A stretch of 63,521 nt of DNA, filler included, from Licmophora abbreviata (Eukaryota): NCBI GenBank assembly GCA_900291995.1. It is 14 parts of 14 records of this genome, joined end to end, with 100 filler letters (N's around TTAATTAATTAA, not from the genome) between each part and the next. Parts side by side here need not be neighbours in the genome. Positions count along the whole stretch, not along the records: positions 1 to 12,628 come from OLMU01004257.1; positions 12,729 to 17,824 come from OLMU01004260.1; positions 17,925 to 24,897 come from OLMU01004266.1; 11 more parts are not named here. One strand, given 5' to 3'. This document shows positions 11,818 to 22,766 of the stretch, piece by piece. Every line of letters starts with the position of its first letter. Within the stretch, counting starts at the first letter, position 1. The notes beneath the pieces are model-generated. The model was not told the DNA's origin. It did no database searches and saw only the letters and a list, made by a program, of their open reading frames with translations. The translations under genes and the position numbers were made by a program.

Positions 11818-12103
11818 GGTCAACGATGAGAGGAGTATTGAGGTGTGTGTTTGTGTGATGATTACAGCATGAACTCAAAAAGTGAATCGAAAGTTAGGAA
11901 GTTTGTCGAGCGGTGGACTGACGTTGTAGAAGCTGGACTAATTCCTACGTAGACGGCGTGACGATGCTCTCAGAACCACGAAATCTTGTCGGCGGCATAA
12001 ATTTGTCGTTTCGAATTTCTCGCTGGCATCTCGAACACAAAACTGGACAAAGACAGCCAACAATCAGCATCATCGTCGTTATTGTATCGGTTCTAAAGTA
12101 GTA

Positions 12104-12628
12104 ATGGGAAGGAAACTTCAGGGAGCTACATTGCGTGCCAAGAAACGTGCCCTAGCGGCACAAGAGGAGCTGGTAGAGCAGACAGCACAGCAGGTCGAGA
12201 CACAGAACGTCGCCGAAACGCCGAACGAACAACTCTTTGTACTGGACACCACAGCCAAGACAGTACCGAAGGCGGCGCTGCCGCCGCCTAAGAAGACTAG
12301 CAAAACTCGCGGCAAACAGGACAAAGGTTTGCAAGAAAAGAGGAATCGTCAGGTTCAATCCTTGCTGGTGAAGCATGGACACGATGCAAAGAAGCTAGCT
12401 AACTTGGCGATCGAAAAGAAGCCTCGTCGGAAGCGTCCTGCAGCAGCGTTTGATTTGTGGGGAGACGCTGATCAGAAGCAGACTTCTGTATCAAACGATA
12501 TGTCCAATCCAAGACCTGGGATCGGTTCTAGTTTAGCAGGAACGGCTCCTTCCTATACAGTGACCAAGGCCCATGCCATCACGCGCAGTGTGAAAGAACC
12601 ATCTGTTGCGGTTGAGGTCGCACACTCC
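12104..12628 (+). CDS. NOP53: Ribosome biogenesis protein NOP53/GLTSCR2, 3' truncated by gap
   Basis: LFVLD Mtr4-arch-interacting motif, FDLW, and AVEVAH, the start of the conserved AVEV.HPG.SYNP motif. Confidence 0.75.
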
Positions 12629-12728
12629 NNNNNNNNNNNNNNNNNNNNNNNNNNNNNNNNNNNNNNNNNNNNTTAATTAATTAANNNNNNNNNNNNNNNN
12701 NNNNNNNNNNNNNNNNNNNNNNNNNNNN
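12629..12728. other. Artificial contig linker N44-TTAATTAATTAA-N44. Same linker at 17825, 24898, 27609, 29919, 31583, 39517, 43706, 48182, 50076, 53951, 58018 and 62159 (100 nt each)
   Basis: Identical 100-nt spacer with stop codons in all six frames, present 13 times. Confidence 0.99.
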
Positions 12729-12801
12729 ATCGACGCTCACTGAATATCCAAATCCGCGAGGGTCTATAGAGAGTGCGGTCTCTGGCTTGGTTGAAGTTCA
12801 T

Positions 12802-14511
12802 ATGAAAAAATCAGGCTCAGACAGCCGAAAACGGAGACGACCGACGTGTCCTTTCAGTTCCAAATTCTGTGGTGGCAAAGTCTCCAGCCTTCACAGAGCT
12901 TTGCTTTCCTTCTTGGTCACTATGCTAGTTTCACTCTCAAGACCGTGCCGATCCTGGATGCCGGGGAACTTTGGAAGAACAGGGCGTCAGCAGCCGATAC
13001 TGAGAAGTCAAACCTTTTGGCGAACATGGCCAAAGCTGACACCATCAGCCTACAGAATATGCAGACAAGGATCTTCGCTAGGACAAGGTCGACCAGGTTT
13101 GTACTCTTCTTTGAAGCCGCCCGACAATTCTTCTGCTACCAGCGCATCAAATAATGGTCAAGAGGACTCGTCGCACCCCCACGGTTCTGTGGTCGATGAA
13201 AACGGGTCCCCGCGGTCGGCACGAAGATGGAAAGAGCATCCTGCGCTCAACTCAGATTACGAGTTGGAGACGTGGATTGTGCCCAAACAGCACTGTCATG
13301 CAGTTCTCTGCGAGCCACAGCTACAAATTTACCTTGCGTCCCGATTCTTTGATAGTCTACCACTGAGTCAACGGACTCCCAAGCTAGTGCGACCGCACAA
13401 CGACACGCACCAGCTCGTGCTGCGCAACAACATCTCGGGCAATAGCAGAGAGAAAGGAGACCCCACCGCTATTGAACGATGGCTACTTGCACACGCAGTT
13501 CAAGAAGGACCGCGGTATACGGTCCACCTGCAACCACAGCACTTAACGACATCTCACATTTTTGCAACACTTGGCATTCCGCCATTGACTTCGTTCGAGC
13601 AAGTGGGAAATGTAATTCATCTCAACTTGAAAGACCACCACATACCCCACCGACACGTGATCGGAGAAATCCTGTTGGAGTGTTTAAAACCAGCCGTTCG
13701 AACAGTTATCAACAAGGTGGGAGAAGTCCAAGGAGACTTTCGTACGTATGATATGGAAGTTCTAGCAGGTGAAAACTCGACCAAGGTAAAGGTCAACGAG
13801 CGGGGTGCATCGCTGCAGTTTGATATGTCCAAGGTATACTGGAGCAGCCGATTAGCGGGTGAGCGCGAGGTCATTATGTCAGAAATATTACGGGATTCTG
13901 CTACGTCGAATGAGACAGTGGTGATTGCGGACGCCTTCAGTGGCGTCGGAGCGTTGTGTGTCTTGTTGGCCCAGACAAACCTCGTCAAGAATGCAATGGC
14001 ACCGCAGATCAAGATTTTGGCCAATGACTGGAATCCAGATGCCGTGGATGCGCTCCAAAAGAATGCAAAGCAGAATCGTGTTTCCAAGTTCATAGATGCT
14101 CGATGTGGCGATGCGTACGACTTCATGATGGACCTTGGGATGGCGTCGAAGCAGCTACCGCATCACGTCATATTGAACTATCCTTTGGAGGCACCCACCT
14201 TTCTGAATGTGCTGCGGTGGTGGAAGGTGCCAAAGAGAAAATCGGACGTCGTGCCACGGATTCATGTATATACATTTGCTCGACGGGAAGGTAAACAGAC
14301 AGCAGCTGATGTGGCGGTGGATGAAGTGGCTCATCGGCTACTCCCCGAAGCGAACCAACCGACGCCAAATCGCTTGGAGTATCTTCAATCGCTGGACTGT
14401 CGCGTCAGAGTACGTGAAGTGCGAGATGTGGCGCCGGGAAAGTTGGTTATGTGTGTCAGTTTTCGGGCTACAGCTTTGCTTCTTCGGCATGTGCAGGGCG
14501 ACTTCGTGTAG
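12802..14511 (+). CDS. TRM5: tRNA (guanine37-N1)-methyltransferase, Trm5/Met-10+ family (possibly organelle-targeted; start uncertain)
   Basis: SFEQVGNVIHLNL, VINK...FRTYDMEVLAGE, FDMSKVYWSSRL, SAM motif DAFSGVG and ANDWNP. Confidence 0.88.
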   Translation: MKKSGSDSRKRRRPTCPFSSKFCGGKVSSLHRALLSFLVTMLVSLSRPCRSWMPGNFGRTGRQQPILRSQTFWRTWPKLTPSAYRICRQGSSLGQGRPGLYSSLKPPDNSSATSASNNGQEDSSHPHGSVVDENGSPRSARRWKEHPALNSDYELETWIVPKQHCHAVLCEPQLQIYLASRFFDSLPLSQRTPKLVRPHNDTHQLVLRNNISGNSREKGDPTAIERWLLAHAVQEGPRYTVHLQPQHLTTSHIFATLGIPPLTSFEQVGNVIHLNLKDHHIPHRHVIGEILLECLKPAVRTVINKVGEVQGDFRTYDMEVLAGENSTKVKVNERGASLQFDMSKVYWSSRLAGEREVIMSEILRDSATSNETVVIADAFSGVGALCVLLAQTNLVKNAMAPQIKILANDWNPDAVDALQKNAKQNRVSKFIDARCGDAYDFMMDLGMASKQLPHHVILNYPLEAPTFLNVLRWWKVPKRKSDVVPRIHVYTFARREGKQTAADVAVDEVAHRLLPEANQPTPNRLEYLQSLDCRVRVREVRDVAPGKLVMCVSFRATALLLRHVQGDFV

Positions 14512-14592
14512 TAGGAATCATTTCTATATATCTCATCTTATTGGATAATGTCTTTCCTATACTAAGCGCTTTCACTAGGAATCTCACGGTTA

Positions 14593-15273
14593 TCACACAA
14601 TATTCTCCTCGGTAATGGCCAAGCCCTCGACCTCTGTATCCTCGGCAGCCGTTGGCTCGTCGCCATCGCTTGCTTGCGGCACAGTGTTGGCTTCGATTGC
14701 CTCTGTCGGCTGATCGTTAACTGAAATGGGGATCTTCTTGACAATCTTCTCTTTCCTTGGGGCTGTCACTCGAAGAATTCCTGCCGAAAGTGTCACGGAC
14801 AAGTTTTCGACATCGGCATCGTCGTCCATACGGAACATCTGATCAAATGTAGATTCGACTGTCTTCCCCTGCTGGGTGATTCGACGGGTCCCGCTCACGT
14901 GTAGCATGTGCTCATCCTCTAGCTCGACACTCAGATCGCTAGCCGCCACTCCAGGCACTTCCACAACAAGCTCGCTTCCATTAGGACCCTCATCGACGTA
15001 GTACCGAGGTGTAGAATGATGGAGTCGTTCCTTCTGGGTTTCATGCTGCTTGATAAGAGAGTTAAAGTACATAGGCATACTGAAGATATCTCCCATGAGG
15101 TCGAGGGTGGTCGGACGACGATTGTGATGGTAGGCTCCTCCAGGTGCAAGCAGACTCGCGCCTCTAGCTTCCGCAGAATTTGCAAGGCTTGCAGTTGCAA
15201 GGCTTGCAGCTGCAAGACTTGCAAAGGCATAATGCCGCCACCTCGTCGTTCTTTTCTTCATTGTCTTTGTCAT
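14593..15273 (-). CDS. Small heat shock protein (HSP20/alpha-crystallin) with signal-peptide-like N-terminus
   Basis: VEVPGV..SDLSVEL...LHVSG...F.QMF...L.AGILRVTAPR alpha-crystallin pattern. Confidence 0.85.
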   Translation of the reverse strand: MTKTMKKRTTRWRHYAFASLAAASLATASLANSAEARGASLLAPGGAYHHNRRPTTLDLMGDIFSMPMYFNSLIKQHETQKERLHHSTPRYYVDEGPNGSELVVEVPGVAASDLSVELEDEHMLHVSGTRRITQQGKTVESTFDQMFRMDDDADVENLSVTLSAGILRVTAPRKEKIVKKIPISVNDQPTEAIEANTVPQASDGDEPTAAEDTEVEGLAITEENIV

Positions 15274-15385
15274 GGTAACAGGAATGGCACGGGATTGAAG
15301 GTGTGTTCGCTTTTTCGAGTGTCTTCGAAATTGTGAGCCCAGTTTGGCATTTTTGGCGTGCCTCAGTCGTGTGCTCGGAGGAGCG

Positions 15386-15442
15386 TCCACGTGGAATATG
15401 ACACGTGTCAAAAGCACATTCGAGAGCGACGTACCGGTACGT
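15386..15442. promoter_or_regulatory. Three perfect palindromes (two with CACGTG cores) upstream of the sHSP gene
   Basis: TCCACGTGGA 15386-15395, TGACACGTGTCA 15399-15410, ACGTACCGGTACGT 15429-15442. Confidence 0.45.
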
Positions 15443-15813
15443 ACGGTGGATCAGCATCGAAAAGCACGACTGAAAATCGATCGCCGCGCATCGGAGAGAA
15501 GGCACAAGGTATCGGCGGATATTAGACAGACCTGCCGTACTATGAAGATGCTCGAGTAGCAGTCTGCAAAGCTAGTCTTCGTATGATAACGAGCTTTAAG
15601 CAGAGCACTTTCAACAGTCTATAAATTTGAAGGTTGATCCCGGCACAATCGATTGTGGGTTGCCGCGTGCAGAGCCCAACCGAGAAACCGAACATGTGAC
15701 GCTGATCATAAATGCACAATCTCCATCGCATGGATAAGTAGAACAGTAACTCTATGATTAAGATTGCTTTGCTTGCACTGCGCATTACTTCTGGTCTCTC
15801 CCCGCCAAGCCCA

Positions 15814-17001
15814 TCACATTATGGAACATCCTTCGCCGTACACTTTGTTGAGCTTCTTCATATCAACCCAAGGCGTCATCTTCTTCTTCATCGGATTCCA
15901 CTGCTTCTTTTCCTTATCGACTAACTTTGAAATACTTTCGATGAAGCCCTTCCAGTCGGCTTGTGCATCTGGCACACCGTCAAACGCCCTTTCTCCAAAA
16001 ATCAAATAGAAGAAATCGCGCAGTTCGTCCTTTGTTAGCTTGCGCTCGTCCAACAGATCAAACAGACGGTTGTGATATCCCATTTCGCGGCAGCGATGCA
16101 ACGGAAGTGCATAATTGAGCCACTTGTTGTGTTCGTTAACTTCCTTCGCCTCCCCAACGAAGTCGTCAAGCACCTCCAGATTCAGTTCCAATTGAGCATC
16201 TAGATCGTTGTAAAAATCAACTACGTCATCATCATCTGTGCAAAGTCGAATGACTACCCAGACGGGAAGGCCTTCTAATGCGCGCAAGGCATTGATGCAC
16301 TCTCTCTGAGAGTTCAGGTCGGCAACCCCACGACTATCCGTCGGGAGGCCGTCAGTCGCGAGTATCACCGCAACTTTGGTTCCTTCGTTTCGCAATGTCG
16401 GTGTCATCGCTAGGATATTGTCAGTAATTTCACGAATATGTGCCGTCAAGGGCGTTACACCGCCAGGAACTGAGTTGCGCATTGTTTTTTGCGCAATCTC
16501 AAGGTCCTCGCCAATGTAGGCTTCTCCTCGTTCGGCGATGCTAAACTGCTGCGGGCCATTGACCCGTCCGGGATCATTGAGCATGCGAAAGACAGTCGGG
16601 GCTTGAAGCAAAGCTGCCATTTGGGCATGATAGTTCACAGTTTCCTGAATTTCGGTCCATCGTGTGCAACTGACGATCTTGACGTCGTCCTTCTTGTTCG
16701 TTTCGACAATCCGATGACCATCGCTCTTGGCCATACTTCCGGAATTGTCAACGACCCACATTCTCAAGGGGAAGGCTGCATTATTTTGAGACATTGCTTC
16801 GGCGAGTCCTGTCGTGAAACCTTGATCTTTCAGGGCCCGAATTTCGGGCTGCTCCATCTTCTTGGACGATTGCTTGGGCAACAAGACACGACTGCTGCGG
16901 CCGCGAAGCGTTTCGATGGTCCTTGCCGCCGTTGGAGCCGTGGGAGCTGTCATCGGCGGAGGCATAGTGGCGTATGCAATCGGAATATCAGGATCATTCA
17001 T
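15814..17001 (-). CDS. von Willebrand factor A domain protein with C-terminal CaaX box
   Basis: MIDAS motif VVDNSGSM, GVTPL, ILATDG. The protein ends in CSIM*. Confidence 0.85.
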   Translation of the reverse strand: MNDPDIPIAYATMPPPMTAPTAPTAARTIETLRGRSSRVLLPKQSSKKMEQPEIRALKDQGFTTGLAEAMSQNNAAFPLRMWVVDNSGSMAKSDGHRIVETNKKDDVKIVSCTRWTEIQETVNYHAQMAALLQAPTVFRMLNDPGRVNGPQQFSIAERGEAYIGEDLEIAQKTMRNSVPGGVTPLTAHIREITDNILAMTPTLRNEGTKVAVILATDGLPTDSRGVADLNSQRECINALRALEGLPVWVVIRLCTDDDDVVDFYNDLDAQLELNLEVLDDFVGEAKEVNEHNKWLNYALPLHRCREMGYHNRLFDLLDERKLTKDELRDFFYLIFGERAFDGVPDAQADWKGFIESISKLVDKEKKQWNPMKKKMTPWVDMKKLNKVYGEGCSIM

Positions 17002-17546
17002 GATGAGAGGATTTCAAGGAGGGAGAGGGGATCAACCGCTGACACTGATGCTGTGTGAGGTTGAGAAGCTTCGAGTTGTGTCAAGGTCGCCGCGCCGACA
17101 ACACGCGACGCGACAAAGTTCTTTCGTGTGTTGGAAGTGGAACAGATCGACGCCGTCGCGCACAAACCCGGGACTACCACCACGTACCGCGCCACGCTAC
17201 AATCAGTCCTGAGTCCCGCGAGAGGAGATTTTGGCTGGTTTAGAATAAACGTTTTCGCCCAAAATATTCGAATTTGATACATTCTGGTAGGTCCTCTTTG
17301 ACATATTCTTTTGTCTGCAAGAGCCCGCATCATGATGACTCTTTGCTCTTTAGGCTCTCACAAAATGGCTTGTCGCCGCGTCGCCGATCTGTCGTCATTT
17401 TCCCATACCTTGGCCTAGTCTATCGCTGACCAAGTGAGTTTCATAAGGCCGTATCGAAATGACGATGATAGCCACACATCGATAATGAGAAAACTCGTAT
17501 TGGCGTATTCGTCATTATTTGTGGCGCCAACAACAAAAGAAAGCGG

Positions 17547-17824
17547 TTGATTTGCCTTGCCGCCGGTCTTTTGTTCGGAATTTCTTGCGGTATCCTCTTG
17601 TTACATCATTCAATCAACATAGATTGGAAGGATTCGATTGAAGCGAGAGTCCCACTCGAGTCCCTATCTATGACTACCGATCGTCAGATCGAACCTCCTC
17701 AGCGTGGCATTGTGCTGTCGTCGCAGTGTTCGGGAAGCACTTGGTTTTGTCTGAAGTTGAATAGCAGTGTGCACGTTGTATGGGGAGGAGAAGAAATGGT
17801 GAAGTACTCGAGACTATCTAATAC
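17547..17824 (+). CDS. Type II membrane sulfotransferase-like (Stf0-like) protein fragment; start unclear, 3' truncated
   Basis: Transmembrane segment followed by IVLSSQCSGSTWF...LN, resembling the 5'-PAPS-binding loop (RSGST). Confidence 0.5.
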
Positions 17825-18143
17825 NNNNNNNNNNNNNNNNNNNNNNNNNNNNNNNNNNNNNNNNNNNNTTAATTAATTAANNNNNNNNNNNNNNNNNNNN
17901 NNNNNNNNNNNNNNNNNNNNNNNNGTAGCGAAGTTTGCGACGCGAGAGGAATTGAGGGCTTTAGTAGAGCTCGCGACCTCGTGGCGATACTGGAAACCCG
18001 GAAAATGACGTGTTTTTCGCGCTCGCTTTTTCCTTCTCTTTTTTCCTCTTTCGGGTTTCGAATTTGCTTCGACGGCTGACGATGACGGCGGCGACGACAT
18101 CGGTCACTTCCTTCCTCACCGCATGCCACGAGCAAGCTGCACC

Positions 18144-18905
18144 ATGAAATCCTTGCTAGCGTCCCTGACGTTGCTTCTCAACGGGGTCGCCACAGGTTTC
18201 TCTCCTTCCTTGTCATCCTTATCGCGTCCATCATACTCGTCGTCATCAGTTCGATCATCGTCACAACTGTCCGCCGACGCGACTGCTGGCGACATGTCAC
18301 CCATCACTAACATGGACCCCAAGGAGGCCGTAAAGTTGTTTGGAAGGCTTGCTGAAAAGTACATTATGCTAGATCCTACGGCTGGCATGTGCTGCTATTC
18401 GGGCTGCACGGACTGTGAATTCAGGTATGTGCATTTTATTTTGGCACATGAAACATGGAACACATCATTGTCGCGTTTTTACATCAGTTTCTTACTTTTA
18501 TGTTCCCCCAGACTACCGGATGGTGGTTATCGCATGGCAGATCAGAGTGCGTCTAGACCAAAATGGATTCCGATCTACGAGCATCGTTCTGTGGAAGTTA
18601 CTGGCAGGGAACATACGACCAAGTGGAGTAGTGAGATGTTTGCCAACGGACCGGCTGTCAACAAGGAGGAGTTTGTCGCAACCATCACTGAACTCGAGTA
18701 TTCACCCCCTCTGGGCGGTCCGTATGTTTCGGCATCAGCGGCGACGCTAGAAGATGCCTCCACTGCCGAGGCGCTCTTTGCCTTGCTAGCGGGTGACAAA
18801 GAAAAGCTGACCAAGCATCGGATGGGTACTCGACTAAAGGAGTTGGCGAACGGAGAGGAAGGACTCAACTGGGCTACTTTCCAAGCTGCAGTCGGTGCTT
18901 CATGA
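18144..18905 (+). CDS. Plastid-targeted protein with CCxSGCxxC (oxidoreductase-like N-terminal) motif; intron 18425-18511
   Basis: Signal peptide ending ATG|FSP, Ser-rich transit peptide, CCYSGCTDC motif, in-frame GT-AG intron. Confidence 0.75.
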   Translation: MKSLLASLTLLLNGVATGFSPSLSSLSRPSYSSSSVRSSSQLSADATAGDMSPITNMDPKEAVKLFGRLAEKYIMLDPTAGMCCYSGCTDCEFRYVHFILAHETWNTSLSRFYISFLLLCSPRLPDGGYRMADQSASRPKWIPIYEHRSVEVTGREHTTKWSSEMFANGPAVNKEEFVATITELEYSPPLGGPYVSASAATLEDASTAEALFALLAGDKEKLTKHRMGTRLKELANGEEGLNWATFQAAVGAS

Positions 18906-19205
18906 GATAGATGACATGGAGAATGGTAGTTGGCCATAAGATAGCATTTTGGTGAGACTTCCCTGTATCATGTATCACATCATGTTCGATGGACTTTATC
19001 GTCGATTCTTCCTTCATCACTCCTCAGCGTGTTTTTAACATCGTGAATGTTGGTAGTAACAGTATTGAATTCAAAAACGATCAGTAGTAGTGAAGGCGAC
19101 ACACCCATCATGAACCTGTACCGGCGGCATGAGCCCGCACGACGACCACCATCACATTCCATTCCATCACGATGGGCTGAACCGCGACGGCAGCACTGCA
19201 TCATC

Positions 19206-19836
19206 ATGACGGACGACAACGCCGAAGAACCGACGCTACAAAAGTACAATGTATTTCGACACTCTCCCCTGAGATACATGGGCTACGCAAATGAAGTTGG
19301 AGAGAGTTTTCGATATCAGGTAGGCGCCGTTCTGAGTTCTCTCTCTATTTGGGCAGCAGCGCGGCTGTGCGTTGTGCTGTCTGTGCTTACTTGTGTGTGG
19401 TCTATACTCTAACTTATTCTTCCAGTTTCCGAGGCTGGTCATGCCCTCTTATGTTTTATCGTTTGGCTACTGCTTTATGGACGCCGCAACGAATGGATAC
19501 GAGACGTGGACTTCCTCCAAGGAACCTTCTTCTTCGAAAGATGAACGATCGAGACAAGTCAAGACCTTGATTGCCGCATCGGATACATTACTATGGCAAT
19601 CGCTCGCCAGCGTCATGATCCCAGGTGCGACGATCAATGTCATTGTCAAGATGTCGCGGCTTGTATTGAGCCGACCGCCCATTCCGACCATGGTGGCGGG
19701 GTGGGGGCCTACTGCGATCGGGCTCGGTTCGATTCCTCTTATCATTCACCCGATCGATGAGATGGTAGACTATCTATTGGATAATACGACGCGTAAAGTA
19801 CTATCAGACAGCTTCGATTCTGACACAAGGACCTGA
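19206..19836 (+). CDS. MTFP1: Mitochondrial fission process protein 1 (MTP18); exons 19206-19319, 19426-19836
   Basis: RYMGYANEVGESFR, DTLLWQSLASVMIPG and GLGSIPLIIHPID signature motifs. Confidence 0.92.
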
Positions 19837-19965
19837 TTTTCAACTTTCGGCTGCCGGGATCAGGCGATTCATCAGCACCAAGCACACGGAGGGGACCAGA
19901 TCTTCGTACACTATCGACGTCGTGGTAGTACAGGCTTGCATGATGTAATCTCCTAGAGTAAAATG

Positions 19966-22527
19966 TTACCGCACAGCTGGCGTTAATCTCTGTGTGGCCC
20001 ATGTCAGGCCGCGAGACAGACTCTTTTCCGTCAGCCGTGTAATGAGCATGGTACCGAACTCTCGTAGTTGAGGAGCGTACTCCCGGGCGACCGGAATGAG
20101 TTTGCGAAGACGTTCGTTGCTTTGACGAATTTGCTGCCCTCGACTTGCGTTGGTGCCTTCTGGATTATCAAGGGCTCCTTCAAAGTCACCAAAAAGGAAC
20201 TGGACCAACTTTCCAATCTGTTGAACAACCTTCTTGTCTTCTGGGCTGAGTTCTGGATTCAGAGCGCGGAACAGCGACGGTACAGGAAGATTCCCAAGGC
20301 CTAGGGTCCGTTGAAGCTCCTGCAAAGCATCGCGAGATGATGCATCTACGACCGTCACAACCTCTTCCGACATGAACTCTCGGAAAACTCTGCCTTCGGG
20401 GCTAAAGAAGAATCGAAGCGCCTCACGTACTGTCTCTTCGTCCCGCTGTGTCTGCTCCCGCTGCTCGTTGGATTCAGCGGACAACGCGCTCATCGACGAC
20501 ACTCGGAATCGTCCGTCACCAATATCCGTTTCTCGATCAGACGTGTCGACCTTCTGCGACCCCGAAAAGTCACCGGCCGAACCAACCACCCTAGATCCAC
20601 GCATACCATCCACCTTGAGCGGACTGCCATCACCGTCGTCTCTTACGGCGCTAAACTTTTCGAGCGCTTCCAACAAGTCAATAAGCCTCTCGGCGTCAAA
20701 GCTTCCCTCTTGTCCATATACCATGTATCTTAGAGCCGCACGCAGCCGCGGAGAATCGTCCGTCATGAGGCGTCGAGCAATGTAGGGGTAGGCCTCGTCG
20801 ATTATGGCAAAGTTTGGGTTACCAACCAAGGCAATGCCTTCAAGCACAGAAATGGCCCGAATGACAAGAGCTGAGCGCCAACAAAGCATATACAAGGTAA
20901 GCTAATGATGAGGAGCAGATCTGCAGCTGGTTACAAAGCCCTTGTACGTACCAAAGTAAGGAGGAATGCGGAAATCGAATTCAAATGTAATCTCGGCGAG
21001 ATCGGCGGCGAGCTCTTGAAAGTTAATACTCTTGGCACCACCCCCGGCTAGAGCGACATCGAACACCTTCGTGAGAGCCGGAACAATCGGCGTTGTATCA
21101 GTTCCCTTGGGAATGAAGTCCAAATTGATAAAATCTTGGCCAATCTCAGAGTAGTCACGGTTGATGAGATGGGCAATTGCTTCTATCATTCCGTACTTTT
21201 GGTCATCGGTAATCGAGGTCATAAGTCCGAAGTCAAGAATAGCAAGCTTCCCATCGTTCGTTCGCATCATGTTTCCTGAAAACACCGGGAAGGAAAAGAT
21301 GACTGGTCAGTAGGCTGTTCGCAATTTGGACATCTATGGCAGTGAAGACATACCAGGGTGCGGGTCCGCATGGAAGAATCCAGAGTCAAGAAGCTGGGTC
21401 AAGTAGGTGATCACCCCTAGATTAACCAGTGCGCCGACGTCATCTGCTTTGCTCTGCGAAAGCTTTTCTCCTTCTATCCACTCCGCAACGTGGACTCGTC
21501 TCGAGGTAAACTCAGGATAGTTCCGGGGGATCACCACCATGGGCAAGACTCTCATTTCCTTTTCGATACGCAGTCCGTTCTCACATTCTAGATTGTAATC
21601 AAGCTCCTGGTAAAAGCGATAGGCAAACTCGTCCAACAGTGCCACCGCATCCAATCGTTGCACAATGGCGGGAAAGTTCCGCATAAAAAGTCCAAGCTCT
21701 CGAGCTAAATACAAGTCCAAAGAGACAGTCTCCAACACGCCTGGTCGCTGCACCTTGACCGCCACAGTTTCTCCTGTTGTGGGCAACTTGGCCTTATAGA
21801 CTTGTCCAAGACTGGCGGCCGCCACGGGCTCCGGAGTAATTTCCGAGAATAGCTCGTCGACAGGCTTGCCAAGCTCGCGTTCAATGGTCGCAAAAGCAAT
21901 TTTCGAATCATACGAAGGAACCTTATCACACAACTTTTGCAGTTCCACCATACTCCGAGGACTCAAAATGTCGGGTCGGATGCTCAAAGCTTGTCCTACT
22001 ATGATGTAGAAGGGACCCAGGGAGGTGATGGTATTGCGGAGCTGCACCGCCCGCTTGACCTCGAGCTCCGGAGTCATGCGTCCGAGCAACGTATCAATTG
22101 CCAGATTGAAGAGTATGCCACCACCTACACCCAGAATCTGGAAGACTCGGGTGACAACCGCCAGCGGGCGTTTCCCAAAGAACTCTTTCAGAGCGACAGG
22201 ATCGTAGTCATACGGGAGCAAAGAAGTGTTGTCGCCTCCGTCGACATCTACGAGTCGCATCTCCAGTCCTGCCACGGCGGCATCGTCATCGTTCAAATTC
22301 TTGCCTCGTAGCGCTTGAATCACCATATTGGCATCGTCGTCGAGCTGGATTTCATCTCGCATCTTCTTCATCATTTCCGAAGTTTCCGAGACGGTCGAAA
22401 ACAACGCAGTGTCTGCGGAAGTAGTGTGGCGGCGCGCCATCACAGAGGGTCGGGGAGGAGCAAAACTGACCCCATACTGCGGCACAGCGCAAGCCGATAG
22501 TACTATCAGCACTCCACACGACCTCAT
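19966..22527 (-). CDS. Plastid ABC1/aarF atypical kinase; exons 22527-21354, 21275-20952, 20870-19966
   Basis: GVS|FAPP bipartite presequence, LGP...GQALSIRPD, AAASLGQVY, VAVKVQRP, FFHADPHPGN and LDFGL. Introns splice in frame. Confidence 0.93.
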
Positions 22528-22766
22528 GATGATGCGTCAACGAAGTTATGAGGACGACGGCGACGCGAACGGCGCTGGAACAACGACGAGAAGCATCATG
22601 GCGCCGCTGACGAAGTTTCGCACCCGCAATTTCTATTCTGTGAGTCAGAAGTACCCGGATATGACGTTTTAGTCACGGTTTGAGGAGTCCCGTAGCGTCT
22701 GCACGTCGTCATCACCCCGAGAGGAGAGTGCGGAAAGTGAGTAGAACCGGTATCATACCATCACAC

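Noticed and set aside
12629..12728. Recurring TTAATTAATTAA motif as a biological repeat
   Set aside because: It is always centred in identical N runs and is a six-frame-stop assembly linker. ORFs ending in X-runs or LIN are artefacts of it.
15310..15332. Heat shock element upstream of the sHSP gene
   Set aside because: Only two TTC units are in register and the GAA units are degenerate, which is too weak to call.
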